Sequence record: SRR31156797_464
DNA length: 46,103 nucleotides
Reading direction: 5' to 3' (one strand)
The notes below the pieces were generated by a model. That model saw only the letters and a list, made by a program, of their open reading frames with translations, did not search any database and was not told the DNA's origin. Every line of letters starts with the position of its first letter. Position 1 is the first letter of the stretch. This document shows, one piece after another, positions 9,079 through 18,846 of this stretch. The position numbers were made by a program, and so were the translations under genes.

Positions 9079-10407
9079 TCAACCTGATTTTTCAGCAGAT
9101 GAAAAAAAACTCTTCATCACGTTTATAAATTCCGACCCGCGGTGCGCTGTGGACGGCTTCGATTTTTCATTCAAAAGTACATCCTTCTTTAAAAAAGGTA
9201 GGAAATCCGATACCCCCGGAACCACAATCCTGACCACGGGGAAGTCCAATAGCGGATGGGTGTGATCCAGAATTATGAGATCTGTGTTCAGATGTCTGCA
9301 GATTGTTTTGATGGCATCAATTTCATCAAAAATATCCTTATATTTTTTTTCCTTAAAGGGAACGGTTGTTCCTTTTTCCAGAAATGAAATATCCCTTAAG
9401 GAGACCCCGCACCGCATGAGCATATAGTAATCATCAACACTCGATTTGTGAACCGTCTTCTTGTCGAAATTGGGCCTCGGTTTTTTGAATGTGGTGCGAC
9501 CCTGCATCCCTTCCGTAAAACACCGGGTCAACCCTTCCGTCAGGTTAAAAGATGCGCCCGGGTTTAAGAGTTTATGCTCAAGCCGGTCCGGTTGAAGATT
9601 GTGATTGATGTACAATACACCGATGACCGGCAGCAGACCGTTGAAGGAAAGGTCCTTTATCAATACGGAGACATTCTGTTTTTCATAAAATTGAATGAGT
9701 TCCTGAATGAAAGGATTTTTGATGCTGTCCCGGTCAATGGTGGGCATTGTTTTTTCCGGCTTGATGACCCGTATCTGTACATACCTTTCAAAAATTTCGC
9801 ATGTGGCCTGGATTATCGCTTCTTCAAGGACATTTCCGGCAGCCATCCCGTTGGAACCGTGAATATAATTAACAAAGTTGATGGGGACCTTGATGTTTTC
9901 CCGTTTTATAAGAGAGAAACCGTCCACCCAATGACGGCACATGTCGCTGTCTTTCATGCTCTTGATGTCTTCATTTGTCAGATGCGTTTCATTGACCAGC
10001 AGGTCTTCAATCCGTAGCGGATCATCCAACTCATCCTGATGGGCATTCACGTACCCTTTCATCCATTCAAAATTGAGAAACCGCCTTGTATTTCGGCCGT
10101 AAAGCGCGGGTATATTGAACCGGACCTGTTCTTCAAACACCGGGTAGAACATGCCGGCACTCAGCCGTTCGGTTAATTCCGCCAGAGCGCTGGCTTCACA
10201 GAGGGCCGGGCTCGTCCCCTTGCCCTCGCATATGAGCTTGATGGCGTCAATCCAGATTCGCCCCCAATACAGATTGTCCGCCGCCTTAAACGGTTGGTAT
10301 TCCACCTTAAGGCCCAGTTGTTTAAAGCCCTTTTGGATTCGATTAATGGTGTTGGCGGGGATGTCTTTTTTCCCTTGGGCGTTTCTGACAAAATTTTCAA
10401 GTTTCAT
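9079..10407 (-). CDS. YcaO-family ATP-dependent backbone-modifying enzyme
   Basis: GKG..SALAELTER, SNGMAAG..EEAIIQATCEIFER, RCFTE and VVRIVVPG motifs of the YcaO fold. Confidence 0.9.
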   Translation of the reverse strand: MKLENFVRNAQGKKDIPANTINRIQKGFKQLGLKVEYQPFKAADNLYWGRIWIDAIKLICEGKGTSPALCEASALAELTERLSAGMFYPVFEEQVRFNIPALYGRNTRRFLNFEWMKGYVNAHQDELDDPLRIEDLLVNETHLTNEDIKSMKDSDMCRHWVDGFSLIKRENIKVPINFVNYIHGSNGMAAGNVLEEAIIQATCEIFERYVQIRVIKPEKTMPTIDRDSIKNPFIQELIQFYEKQNVSVLIKDLSFNGLLPVIGVLYINHNLQPDRLEHKLLNPGASFNLTEGLTRCFTEGMQGRTTFKKPRPNFDKKTVHKSSVDDYYMLMRCGVSLRDISFLEKGTTVPFKEKKYKDIFDEIDAIKTICRHLNTDLIILDHTHPLLDFPVVRIVVPGVSDFLPFLKKDVLLNEKSKPSTAHRGSEFINVMKSFFSSAEKSG

Positions 10408-10492
10408 TTGAGAGGTTCTTTCTTAAGCAGTGGCGGGTTCCCGGCTGGAAGCTGCAACACGGATTTGGACGGCAAATGCCCCATTCATATAA

Positions 10493-10534
10493 AGCAAAAA
10501 GGCCGCACCCCACTCGGACAGCGGCCTTTTTGCT
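10493..10534 (-). terminator. Intrinsic terminator after dsrD (A/T tracts on both sides)
   Basis: AGCAAAAAGGCCGC ... GCGGCCTTTTTGCT perfect 14-bp inverted repeat ending in a U-tract. Confidence 0.8.
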
Positions 10535-10565
10535 ATCAGTTTGTTTTGTTGGTACGGTTAGTGTC

Positions 10566-10796
10566 CTAATGATCTTCTGTCTGGCCTCGTCCCTTCAGAC
10601 CATACATGGTGCTGCTGCCGGTGGAAAAATAGATCAATTTTTCTTCATTGATCAGTGCGGTGGCAGCCTTTTTGATCATTCTGGCTTTGGCATCCGGGAG
10701 CACTTTCTGAACTGCTTTCTGAATGTCGTTAAAATAGAATTTGGTTTTTTTGCTCTTTTCGGCGAATGCCAAAATGGCTTCTTTCATGTCTTCCAT
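10566..10796 (-). CDS. dsrD: Dissimilatory sulfite reductase D protein
   Basis: 76 aa; KTKFYFND and YFSTGSSTMYGLKG motifs; directly after dsrB; AAGGAG RBS. Confidence 0.95.
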   Translation of the reverse strand: MEDMKEAILAFAEKSKKTKFYFNDIQKAVQKVLPDAKARMIKKAATALINEEKLIYFSTGSSTMYGLKGRGQTEDH

Positions 10797-10816
10797 TGTT
10801 GCTCCTTCGGCTCATA

Positions 10817-10852
10817 TTCCGTCCGGGGAAAAGCCATTTTTCCCGGACGGAA
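10817..10852 (-). other. Intercistronic stem-loop between dsrB and dsrD
   Basis: TTCCGTCCGGGGAAAA-gcca-TTTTTCCCGGACGGAA; no U-tract follows on the coding strand. Confidence 0.7.
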
Positions 10853-10869
10853 CCATATTGAGCGTTTGT

Positions 10870-12057
10870 TTATTTAATGCCGTTAACGGCTTTTGATACG
10901 GCCCAGGCCGCGTCCGTGTATTTGAACTGAGTGGACGTCCTGTAGGTATCATACTGCAGGCGGTAATCGTCTATGAGGTGATCCGTAAAGGGAAGATCGC
11001 ATTTTTCGAAGAATTTCTCCCATCCGATTCTCTCGGCCCAGTCGCCGACACGCTCGTATTTGTTGGCGTCCGAGGCATAAGCGTTGACAATCTTTTTGAC
11101 GTCTGCACACACTTCCGGGAATCTCGGGAAGTTGTTGGGCAGTGCCGGCACAACCACCTTGGAGAATTTGGGAGGCGAAATCCGGTTGCTGACCTTTCCG
11201 CCGGCCATGATGGTAACACAGTCACCTTCCTGGTCCGAAAGGGGGAGGGCCATACACATGGTATAACAGTTACCGCAGAACATGCAGCGTTCGTTCTTGA
11301 TCTTCACCGTCTTCTTGCCGGATTCGGTCTTGGTCGGCGAAATGGCGGCCGTGGGGCACGACGCAATGACCAGCGGAATTTCGCAGTATTGATCCAATAT
11401 TTCGTTGTCGATCAAGGGCGGTTTCCTGTGATACCCCAGGAGGGCGATATCGGAACAATGCACCGCACCGCACATGTTGAGGCAGCAGGCCATGGAGATA
11501 CGCACCTGGGCCGGCAGGTTCATTCCCTGGAACTCTTCAAAGAGATCATCCATGACGGCCTTGACCATACTGGAGGCGTCCGTTGCCGGGGTATGGCAAT
11601 GGATATAGCCCTGGGTATGGACGATATTGGTGATACCGGCGCCGGTGCCGCCGATGGGAAACTTGTAACTTCCGGAAACATGCTTACGGCTGTTGAGATC
11701 CTTCTTCAGGGCTTCCATCTTGTCCTGGCTGTCCACCATGAACTCAATGTTGTTCCTTGTGGTAAACCGCACGAATCCGTCGCAGTGTTTGTCGGCTATT
11801 TCACAGATCTCCCGAACGTTCTCAACGGTCATGAACCGGCAACCGCCGCACCTGACGGTAAACACTTTGTCGCCGCCTTCAGCCACATGCACCAGGATAC
11901 CCGGCTCCAGGATGTCATGATATTCCCATTTGCCATAATTATTTTGAATAACAGGAGGAAAATACTGCCAGAAATGCCGCGGACCCAGGTCCGTCAGCCT
12001 GTTTTCCATGGGTTTTTCAGGATTATACAGTCCCAGTCTTTCAGTTGATAATGCCAT
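10870..12057 (-). CDS. dsrB: Dissimilatory sulfite reductase beta subunit
   Basis: [38 protein letters not shown], ferredoxin motif [11 protein letters not shown] and ERIGWEKFF. Confidence 0.98.
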   Translation of the reverse strand: MALSTERLGLYNPEKPMENRLTDLGPRHFWQYFPPVIQNNYGKWEYHDILEPGILVHVAEGGDKVFTVRCGGCRFMTVENVREICEIADKHCDGFVRFTTRNNIEFMVDSQDKMEALKKDLNSRKHVSGSYKFPIGGTGAGITNIVHTQGYIHCHTPATDASSMVKAVMDDLFEEFQGMNLPAQVRISMACCLNMCGAVHCSDIALLGYHRKPPLIDNEILDQYCEIPLVIASCPTAAISPTKTESGKKTVKIKNERCMFCGNCYTMCMALPLSDQEGDCVTIMAGGKVSNRISPPKFSKVVVPALPNNFPRFPEVCADVKKIVNAYASDANKYERVGDWAERIGWEKFFEKCDLPFTDHLIDDYRLQYDTYRTSTQFKYTDAAWAVSKAVNGIK

Positions 12058-12069
12058 TATTGATTCCTC

Positions 12070-13488
12070 CTATATCGCATGTTTGGATCGGTAGTCTTTG
12101 ATATCGCGGCCCCACCCACCGGGCACATCCTCTTCTTCCCAGAAGATGTAGGGGTTGCTTCTCGGCTCTTTCACCATCTGCGGCATGGGCGGAATCTCCA
12201 GTACTTTCAGCAGCTTGGAAATACCCTGGCGCTGGATCAATTCGCCCAGACGTTCACGGTTCTTTCCTTCTTCCGGCCACCATTCCCAGATCTTTTCCAC
12301 GACTTCCTTGATGTTGTCATAGGGCGCTTCGCATTCCATGAAAGGAATGGTCAGAACGGACATCTGCGCACCGTCCAGAATGGGGGCTTTGGCGCCGAAC
12401 AGGATGCTCACGCCGGTCTCCACACCCGGTTTCAGTGCCCTCGGCATGGTGTTGATACAATGCATGCAGCGGGTGCATTCCTTATTATCAATCATAAGTT
12501 TGCCGTCTTCCATCCACATGCAGTTGGTGGGACAGAGGTTGATCACTTCTTTTTCAATGTCGAATTTACCCCAGTCTTTGCCCGCATGGGCGCCGGCGTT
12601 GGGGGCGATTTCGCCGCCCATGTAGGCCTGAACCGCTTCCTGGTCGATCCGGATATCATCCTTCCAGGTTCCGATAAAGCTCATGTCCGACCGGGCGATG
12701 GAGGCCACGCAGCCGTTGGGACAGCCGTCAAATTTGAATTTAAATTTGTAGGGAAAAGCCGGGCGGTGCAGCTCATCCTGATAGTAATGGGTCAGTTCGT
12801 AGCACAGGGCCTGGGTGTCGACGCAGGCGTATTCACAGCGGGCCTTGCCGATACAGCAGGCCGGCGTACGAAGGTTGGAACCGGATCCGCCCAGGTCCTG
12901 CTGCAGCACGTGCCCCAGTTCGTAAAAAATGGGCTCCAGCTGCTCGGTAAAGGTGCCGATGCAGATAATGTCGCCCGTGGAACCGTGAAGGTTCAACATG
13001 CCGCTGCCCCGGTACTCCCAGAGATCGCAGATACACCTGAGGTAGTCGCTGGTGTAAAATTTACTGGCCGGCTGGTTGATACGCATGGTATGAAAATGCG
13101 CAATGGAAGGGAATTTGTCGGGCAGATCCGAATACCGTCCGATGACGCCGCCGCCATAACCGAACACGCCCACGATGCCGCCATGCTTCCAATGGGTTTC
13201 CCCATCATCAAAGGAGACCTGGAGCTGCCCCAGCATATCCTCGACCACGTCCCGATCGATCATCATGCGATCATCGGCCAGGTTCCTACGGTGAAGGGCC
13301 TCCCGTTTGGAATCCGCCACAAAGCTCGGCCAGGGACCTTTTTCCAGTTCGTCCATATCGGGGATGTCGTGCTTGCATTTAAAATTCTTGAGCTCATCCT
13401 CCGTATAGTTGTTCAGCTCCTCATCGCTGTAGATGCGGAGCTCATCGTACTTCAATATTTTTTGTTCTTCGTTGGGTTCAAAAGCCAT
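12070..13488 (-). CDS. dsrA: Dissimilatory sulfite reductase alpha subunit (reductive type)
   Basis: GPWPSFV, THWKHGGIVGVFGYGGGVIGRY, siroheme-[4Fe-4S] ligands CIGKARC and CPNGC, CTRCMHC; AAGGAGG RBS. Confidence 0.98.
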   Translation of the reverse strand: MAFEPNEEQKILKYDELRIYSDEELNNYTEDELKNFKCKHDIPDMDELEKGPWPSFVADSKREALHRRNLADDRMMIDRDVVEDMLGQLQVSFDDGETHWKHGGIVGVFGYGGGVIGRYSDLPDKFPSIAHFHTMRINQPASKFYTSDYLRCICDLWEYRGSGMLNLHGSTGDIICIGTFTEQLEPIFYELGHVLQQDLGGSGSNLRTPACCIGKARCEYACVDTQALCYELTHYYQDELHRPAFPYKFKFKFDGCPNGCVASIARSDMSFIGTWKDDIRIDQEAVQAYMGGEIAPNAGAHAGKDWGKFDIEKEVINLCPTNCMWMEDGKLMIDNKECTRCMHCINTMPRALKPGVETGVSILFGAKAPILDGAQMSVLTIPFMECEAPYDNIKEVVEKIWEWWPEEGKNRERLGELIQRQGISKLLKVLEIPPMPQMVKEPRSNPYIFWEEEDVPGGWGRDIKDYRSKHAI

Positions 13489-13699
13489 TAGACTTGCCTC
13501 CTTAAAATATTATTATAAAGGTATCTCTAAGGAATTACTCCGAAAATTAGTGCCGACCGTCACCTCCTCCCCTCAAATGATCCTAATCCGCGGCAGGGAT
13601 CCTGAAAGCATATATCCTATCTCCAACCGGATCATCAAAATAACCATCCGGTTTCAGTCGCTGTCCGTGCAAATATGAATTAACCAATTTTTCAGATAG

Positions 13700-13729
13700 T
13701 TAATAATCAAAAGGCCGGTAGGATGTCAA
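13700..13729 (-). promoter_or_regulatory. Putative sigma70 promoter of dsrABD
   Basis: Minus-strand TTGACA-18 nt-TATTAA about 210 nt upstream of dsrA. Confidence 0.4.
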
Positions 13730-13865
13730 TAAAAAAAAACGGTGGCCGTCCATGACTTTTTTGTTGACAATTTTGAGCGCCCATGTTCCTTATTTTGACC
13801 AGAAATTTCCGATCCATAAATTTGGAACAACCTGAAACCAAATCGGCAAAGTGAGAGACTGTTTT

Positions 13866-15293
13866 ATGAATCCCCGCATTATTATCGCTGCCTTGAAAGG
13901 CGGATCCGGCAAGACGATCCTTTCCTTGGGTCTTGCCGCCGCATGGCGGGATATGCGCTATCGTGTCGCACCTTATAAAAAGGGTCCGGATTTTATTGAC
14001 GCCGGTTGGCTTTCACTGGCAACGGGGGCGAAGTGTTATAACCTGGACCCTTTCCTGATGAATGAAACACAGATTCTGAATTCCTTTCTGAGGCATTCGG
14101 AAGGTGCTCAAATATCCCTTATCGAAGGGAACAGAGGTCTCTATGACGGTCTTGACCTGGATGGGTGCTGCAGTACCGCTGAACTGGCCAAGCTTCTTAA
14201 AGCGCCGGTGCTCATTGTTCTGGATGTGACCATGACCACGCGAACCATGGCGGCCGTTGTTCAAGGATGCAAGGTGTTTGATCCGGATCTGAATATCGCA
14301 GGTGTTATTCTCAATCGGGTGGCCGGGCCCCGGCAGAAAAAGCTGATCACCGAAGCCATTTGGAAATACTGCGGTATTCCCGTGGTGGGTTCGGTTCCAA
14401 AGTTGAAAGAACACCCCTTTCCCGAAAGGCATATGGGCCTGGTCCCCCACCAGGAGAGCGGGCTGGCCCAAAAGGCCATTTCTTGGGCCAAGCAAACGGT
14501 CATGGACAACCTGCAATTGGAACGTATCCGCGAAATGGCGGGCCAGGCCCCGCAACTGGGTGGCATGACGTTTCCCCGTAAACCGGAAACCCGGGCTTTA
14601 GATGCAATGTTGCGCCCTCGCATCGGGTTTATAAGGGACCAGGCGTTATGGTTTTATTATCCTGAAAACCTGTCCCAACTGGAAAATCTTGGGGCCGAGC
14701 TGGTTGAACTGGACGCTATTTCGTCAAATCGATTGCCGAAACTGGACGCACTCTATATCGGTGGTGGTTTCCCCGAAACCCAGGCACAGGCACTGGCCGA
14801 TAATACCCCCTTTCGAAAGGCCCTGAAAGAAGAAATCGAAAAGGGCCTTCCCGTTTACGCCGAGTGTGGCGGGCTCATATACCTGGGAGAACGGATTCTG
14901 CTGAAAAGCGGGAGTTATCCCATGGTGGGCGCGCTCCCCATTGAATTCGTTTTTCAGAGAAAGCCACAGGGGCACGGATATACCCTATTGGAAACGTGCG
15001 GCCGAAACCCCTACTATCCGGTGGGGGAAACCCTGCGCGGGCACGAATTTCACTACTCCAGGGCTGTTTTCACCGCTTCGGAAGAATCGCTGCATTTCGC
15101 TTTTAAGGTGAAGCGGGGCCACGGTATGGACGGTGCAAGGGATGGGATTTGCAGAAAAAATGTATTGGGCACCTATACCCATGTGCATGCGGCCGGCCAG
15201 TCCGACTGGGCTGAGGGCATTTTTAAAGCGGCCCTCAACCACAAAAAATGTGGGCAAACTCCGGAAATGGAAAAAGAATGTTTGACAACGTAA
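13866..15293 (+). CDS. dsrN: Cobyrinate a,c-diamide synthase homologue, likely the siroheme amidase DsrN
   Basis: GGSGKT P-loop, KKGPDFID, IEGNRGLYDG, glutaminase AECGG and GHEFHYS; position between dsrA and dsrC. GTG at 13851 is an alternative start. Confidence 0.85.
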   Translation: MNPRIIIAALKGGSGKTILSLGLAAAWRDMRYRVAPYKKGPDFIDAGWLSLATGAKCYNLDPFLMNETQILNSFLRHSEGAQISLIEGNRGLYDGLDLDGCCSTAELAKLLKAPVLIVLDVTMTTRTMAAVVQGCKVFDPDLNIAGVILNRVAGPRQKKLITEAIWKYCGIPVVGSVPKLKEHPFPERHMGLVPHQESGLAQKAISWAKQTVMDNLQLERIREMAGQAPQLGGMTFPRKPETRALDAMLRPRIGFIRDQALWFYYPENLSQLENLGAELVELDAISSNRLPKLDALYIGGGFPETQAQALADNTPFRKALKEEIEKGLPVYAECGGLIYLGERILLKSGSYPMVGALPIEFVFQRKPQGHGYTLLETCGRNPYYPVGETLRGHEFHYSRAVFTASEESLHFAFKVKRGHGMDGARDGICRKNVLGTYTHVHAAGQSDWAEGIFKAALNHKKCGQTPEMEKECLTT

Positions 15294-15310
15294 AAAATGG
15301 GAATTATATT
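15282..15310 (+). promoter_or_regulatory. Sigma70 promoter for dsrC overlapping the end of dsrN
   Basis: TTGACA-17 nt-TATATT, close to consensus. Confidence 0.7.
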
Positions 15311-15399
15311 GGCCCGATTATGCACGGAGATGGATGGCAAAAATATTCAGGCAAGGTATTTTTGAGGTATTTTATTTAACAAAGGGAGGTTAATGAGTT

Positions 15400-15717
15400 A
15401 TGCCGACAGTAGAATTTGAGGGAACCAGTTATGATGTTGATGAAGACGGGTTCATCGATGACTTTGTCAACTGGGACGAAGGATGGATGCGTTATGTGAA
15501 ATCGAGTGAAGGAATTGAAGAACTGACGGATGAACACAAAAAGGTTGTCGACGTTCTGCAGGAGTACTACAAGAAAAACGGTATCGCTCCCATGGTCAGA
15601 ATTCTGTCTAAAGTCACCGGCTACAAACTGAAATATATCTATGAGCTGTTCCCTTCAGGACCGGGTAAAGGCGCTTGTAAAATGGCAGGATTGCCCAAAC
15701 CGACCGGTTGCGTATAA
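15400..15717 (+). CDS. dsrC: Sulfur carrier DsrC
   Basis: 105 aa; DEDGF, GIAPMVR and C-terminal arm GPGKGACKMAGLPKPTGCV with both Cys; GGGAGG RBS. Confidence 0.97.
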   Translation: MPTVEFEGTSYDVDEDGFIDDFVNWDEGWMRYVKSSEGIEELTDEHKKVVDVLQEYYKKNGIAPMVRILSKVTGYKLKYIYELFPSGPGKGACKMAGLPKPTGCV

Positions 15718-15776
15718 CGTCGAACGGAATTCCCCGGGAAAATGCTGTATTTCCCAATAACAATGTTCACCAAATC

Positions 15777-15822
15777 AAAAAGCATAAGAAAATTGATATT
15801 CATTTTTCTTATGCTTTTTTTG
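15777..15822 (+). terminator. Probable terminator after dsrC
   Basis: AAAAAGCATAAGAAAA ... TTTTCTTATGCTTTTTT inverted repeat with U-tract. Confidence 0.65.
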
Positions 15823-15876
15823 TTTTCATGAAGGCAAGGGCCAAAGTGAAAAAGGGGGTGAGACGTTTTTTGACCC

Positions 15877-15906
15877 TTGACACACTTCCCGTATCTCGCC
15901 TACAAT
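15877..15906 (+). promoter_or_regulatory. Putative sigma70 promoter of the ABC/CoA-ligase operon
   Basis: TTGACA-18 nt-TACAAT. Confidence 0.6.
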
Positions 15907-16034
15907 AGACTTAAACTTCATATTTGACTATCGTATTATCGTTTTTTTGACCCAAGTATCGCCTTTTCGGTACTTTCAAACCGGCAAAAAAAACCTGTAA
16001 CGCAACCTGGTCCCATCAAAGAAATGGAGTCAGA

Positions 16035-16829
16035 TTGAGCCGCGAGATAGTCGTAAAAATCGAAAACCTGAGCCTCTCTTTCGGGGGTATCAGGGCTCTC
16101 AACGGGGTCAGCACCCGTCTTCTGAAAGGCGAGTTGCTGGCCATCATCGGCCCCAATGGTGCCGGAAAAACCTGCCTTTTAAATTGCATCAGCCGTTTTT
16201 ATACCCCCCAGGAGGGGCGTATCTTTTATAAAGGGGAAGATATCACCAGCCTTCCGACCCACGCCATTGCCGGAAGAGGTATCGCCCGGACCTTTCAGAA
16301 CATCGAGCTGTTTAAAGGGATGACGGTCCTGGATAATATCAAACTGGGACGTCATACGTTTCTTAAATCCGGCATCTTTTCCGATATCCTGTATTATGGA
16401 CGGACCATACGGGAAGAACTGAAGCTCAGAAAAGAGATTGAGGAGACCATTATTGATTTGCTGGAGATCGAAACCATCCGTAAACAGGTGGTGGGAACAC
16501 TCCCCTACGGACTCCAGAAGCGGGTTGAACTGGCCAGGGCCCTGGCCATGCGGCCCGACGTGCTGCTCTTAGACGAGCCCATGGCGGGCATGAACCTTGA
16601 GGAGACGGAAGACATGGCCCGTTTCATCCTCAATGTCAACAATATGTGGGGGGTGAGTATTGTTCTGGTGGAGCATGACATGGGGGTTGTAATGGATATC
16701 TCCGACCATGTCTGCGTGTTGGAGTTCGGCATGAAAATCGCCGAAGACGTCCCCGAAGAGATTCAAAAGGATCCCCAGGTGGTCCGAGCGTACCTGGGGG
16801 AAGATGAGAAAACCTATTCCCGTCTTTAA
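16035..16829 (+). CDS. Liv-type (HAAT) ABC transporter ATPase, LivG-like
   Basis: GPNGAGKT, ARTFQN, LPYG-QKRVELARAL, LLLDEP and AYLG motifs; TTG start after GGAG. Confidence 0.92.
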   Translation: MSREIVVKIENLSLSFGGIRALNGVSTRLLKGELLAIIGPNGAGKTCLLNCISRFYTPQEGRIFYKGEDITSLPTHAIAGRGIARTFQNIELFKGMTVLDNIKLGRHTFLKSGIFSDILYYGRTIREELKLRKEIEETIIDLLEIETIRKQVVGTLPYGLQKRVELARALAMRPDVLLLDEPMAGMNLEETEDMARFILNVNNMWGVSIVLVEHDMGVVMDISDHVCVLEFGMKIAEDVPEEIQKDPQVVRAYLGEDEKTYSRL

Positions 16830-16841
16830 TTTCGAGCGCAT

Positions 16842-18845
16842 ATGAATTCAAGAGAACCTGATTCCAGGGCCATTGCCAACAGCCTTCCGGCGTTGCTGGA
16901 AAGAAACGCTCGCAGATTCGGCCACACCCGGGTGGCCCTCCGTGAAAAGGAGTACGGCATCTGGCAGGCGGTGACCTGGCAGGAGTACTTTGAGCATGTG
17001 CGGGATTTCTCCCTGGGGCTGGTTTCCCTGGGGTTGACCCGTGGGGATGCCCTTGGCATCATCGGTAACAACCGTCCGGAATGGATCTATGCGGAACTGG
17101 CGGCCCAGGCGGCGGGTGCGGTCCCTTTCGGTATTTTCCAGGATTCCATATTAACGGAAGTCGCTTATATCATAGATCATTCGGAAGCCACCATGCTGGT
17201 GGCCGAAGATCAGGAGCAGGTGGATAAAATTCTGGATCTGAAAGAGAAACTGCCCCGGATCAAAAGAATTATCTATACGGATCCCAAAGGGCTTTGGGAT
17301 TACGAAGACGACATCCTGATTGATTATTATGAGGTGGAAAAGCGGGGTCGGGAACTCCATGAAAAAGACCCGGAACGTTTTTCGGAAAATCTTTCAGCGG
17401 TCCATGCAAGGGACCTGGCCACCATCTGTTATACATCGGGGACCACCGGTAATCCCAAGGGGACTCTGCTGACCCACGGAAATATCCTGAGCATGGTGGC
17501 TTCCTTAAACCATGTGGATCCCAAAACCCCCGATGATCAATTCCTCTCCTTTATTCCCCTGCCATGGATCGTGGAACAGACCATGAGCGTCTTTTCCTCC
17601 CTTTATTCGGCTTACACCATAAGCTTTCCCGAGGAACCGGAAACCGCCATAAGCGACCTCTATGAGATCGCTCCCAGTGTGGTGGTTGCCTCTCCCCGCA
17701 TGTGGGAAGGGATTTCCCGTCAGGTGATGGTGAAACACCTGGACGCATCCTTTCTCAAACGAACCATCTATGATCTGTGCCTTCCCATCGGGTATCGTTG
17801 GGCCGATTTCAAATTTGACAAGGAAAAACCGTCCCTGGGATGGAGAATCCTCTACTGGCTGGCGTACATGATTATGTTCCGCGCCCTGAGAGATCGCCTG
17901 GGGTTCAGCAAGGTGCGTTCCGCCATGACCGGGGGTGCTGCGCTCGGGCCCGATGTGTTCCGATTTTTTCACGCCCTTGGGGTCAATTTGAAGCAGATCT
18001 ACGGCCAGACCGAAATGGCGGGATACTCCACCATTCACCGGGATAATGATATCAACTTCGATTCCGTGGGCATTCCGCTACCTGCCGCGGAGATCATCAT
18101 TTCCGAGCCGGATGGCGAGGGTGTGGGCCAGGTGATTTCCCGGGGGCCCGGTCTGTTTCAGGGATACCTCAAAAATGAAGAAGCCACCCGGGAAACCATT
18201 GTTGACGGATGGCTCCATTCGGGGGATGCCGGCTATTTTACCCCGGATGGCCACCTGGTGATCATCGATCGCATTAAAGACCTGATGCACCTCAAAAACG
18301 GTGCCAGGTTTTCCCCCATGTTCATTGAAAACAAGCTCAAATTCTGCCCCTATATTGTGGAGACGGTGGTTCTGGGGCATGGCCGGGACTATGTGACCGC
18401 CATGATCTGCATCGACTATAAGCATGTGGGAAAATGGGCCGAGGACCAGCGGATCAGTTACACCACCTATTCGGACCTGGCAAGCAACGCCAAGGTGTAC
18501 GATCTCATTGAACGGGAAGTGGTGCGGGTCAACCGTACGTTGCCTGAAAAAGCCAGGATTCAAAAATTCCTGCTCCTCTACAAGGAACTGGATGCGGATG
18601 ACGAAGAACTCACCCGCACCAAGAAGATTCGGCGCGCATTTATCAACGAGAAGTATTCAAAGGAGATCGCCGCCCTTTATGGGGATGTGGAAGAAATCCC
18701 CATTGAAGCGGTCATTCGCTATCAGGATGGAAAAACGGCAACGCTCAGAACCAATTTGAGGATTCTCATCATGAATTCCCATGAAACGGAGAAGGGCGGA
18801 TTGGAAAAGCGCGGCTTCTGGGGACGGCTTCTGGGGAGGGGATAG
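16842..18845 (+). CDS. Long-chain-fatty-acid CoA ligase-like AMP-binding protein
   Basis: YTSGTTGNPKG, YGQTE, GWLHSGDAG and ELTRTKKIRR motifs; typical ligase embedded in Liv-type operons. Confidence 0.9.
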   Translation: MNSREPDSRAIANSLPALLERNARRFGHTRVALREKEYGIWQAVTWQEYFEHVRDFSLGLVSLGLTRGDALGIIGNNRPEWIYAELAAQAAGAVPFGIFQDSILTEVAYIIDHSEATMLVAEDQEQVDKILDLKEKLPRIKRIIYTDPKGLWDYEDDILIDYYEVEKRGRELHEKDPERFSENLSAVHARDLATICYTSGTTGNPKGTLLTHGNILSMVASLNHVDPKTPDDQFLSFIPLPWIVEQTMSVFSSLYSAYTISFPEEPETAISDLYEIAPSVVVASPRMWEGISRQVMVKHLDASFLKRTIYDLCLPIGYRWADFKFDKEKPSLGWRILYWLAYMIMFRALRDRLGFSKVRSAMTGGAALGPDVFRFFHALGVNLKQIYGQTEMAGYSTIHRDNDINFDSVGIPLPAAEIIISEPDGEGVGQVISRGPGLFQGYLKNEEATRETIVDGWLHSGDAGYFTPDGHLVIIDRIKDLMHLKNGARFSPMFIENKLKFCPYIVETVVLGHGRDYVTAMICIDYKHVGKWAEDQRISYTTYSDLASNAKVYDLIEREVVRVNRTLPEKARIQKFLLLYKELDADDEELTRTKKIRRAFINEKYSKEIAALYGDVEEIPIEAVIRYQDGKTATLRTNLRILIMNSHETEKGGLEKRGFWGRLLGRG

Positions 18846-18846
18846 T

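Noticed and set aside
9079-10566. Classical RiPP cluster around YcaO
   Set aside because: No precursor peptide, RRE/E1 partner, protease or exporter visible; protein modification is the more economical hypothesis
10978-13491. Long plus-strand ORFs (356 and 470 aa) opposite dsrB and dsrA
   Set aside because: In-register antisense shadows of strongly codon-biased genes; no motifs or RBS
13555-13577. Strong SD-like GGAGGAGG in the dsrA leader, suggesting an upstream ORF
   Set aside because: No start codon at a suitable distance
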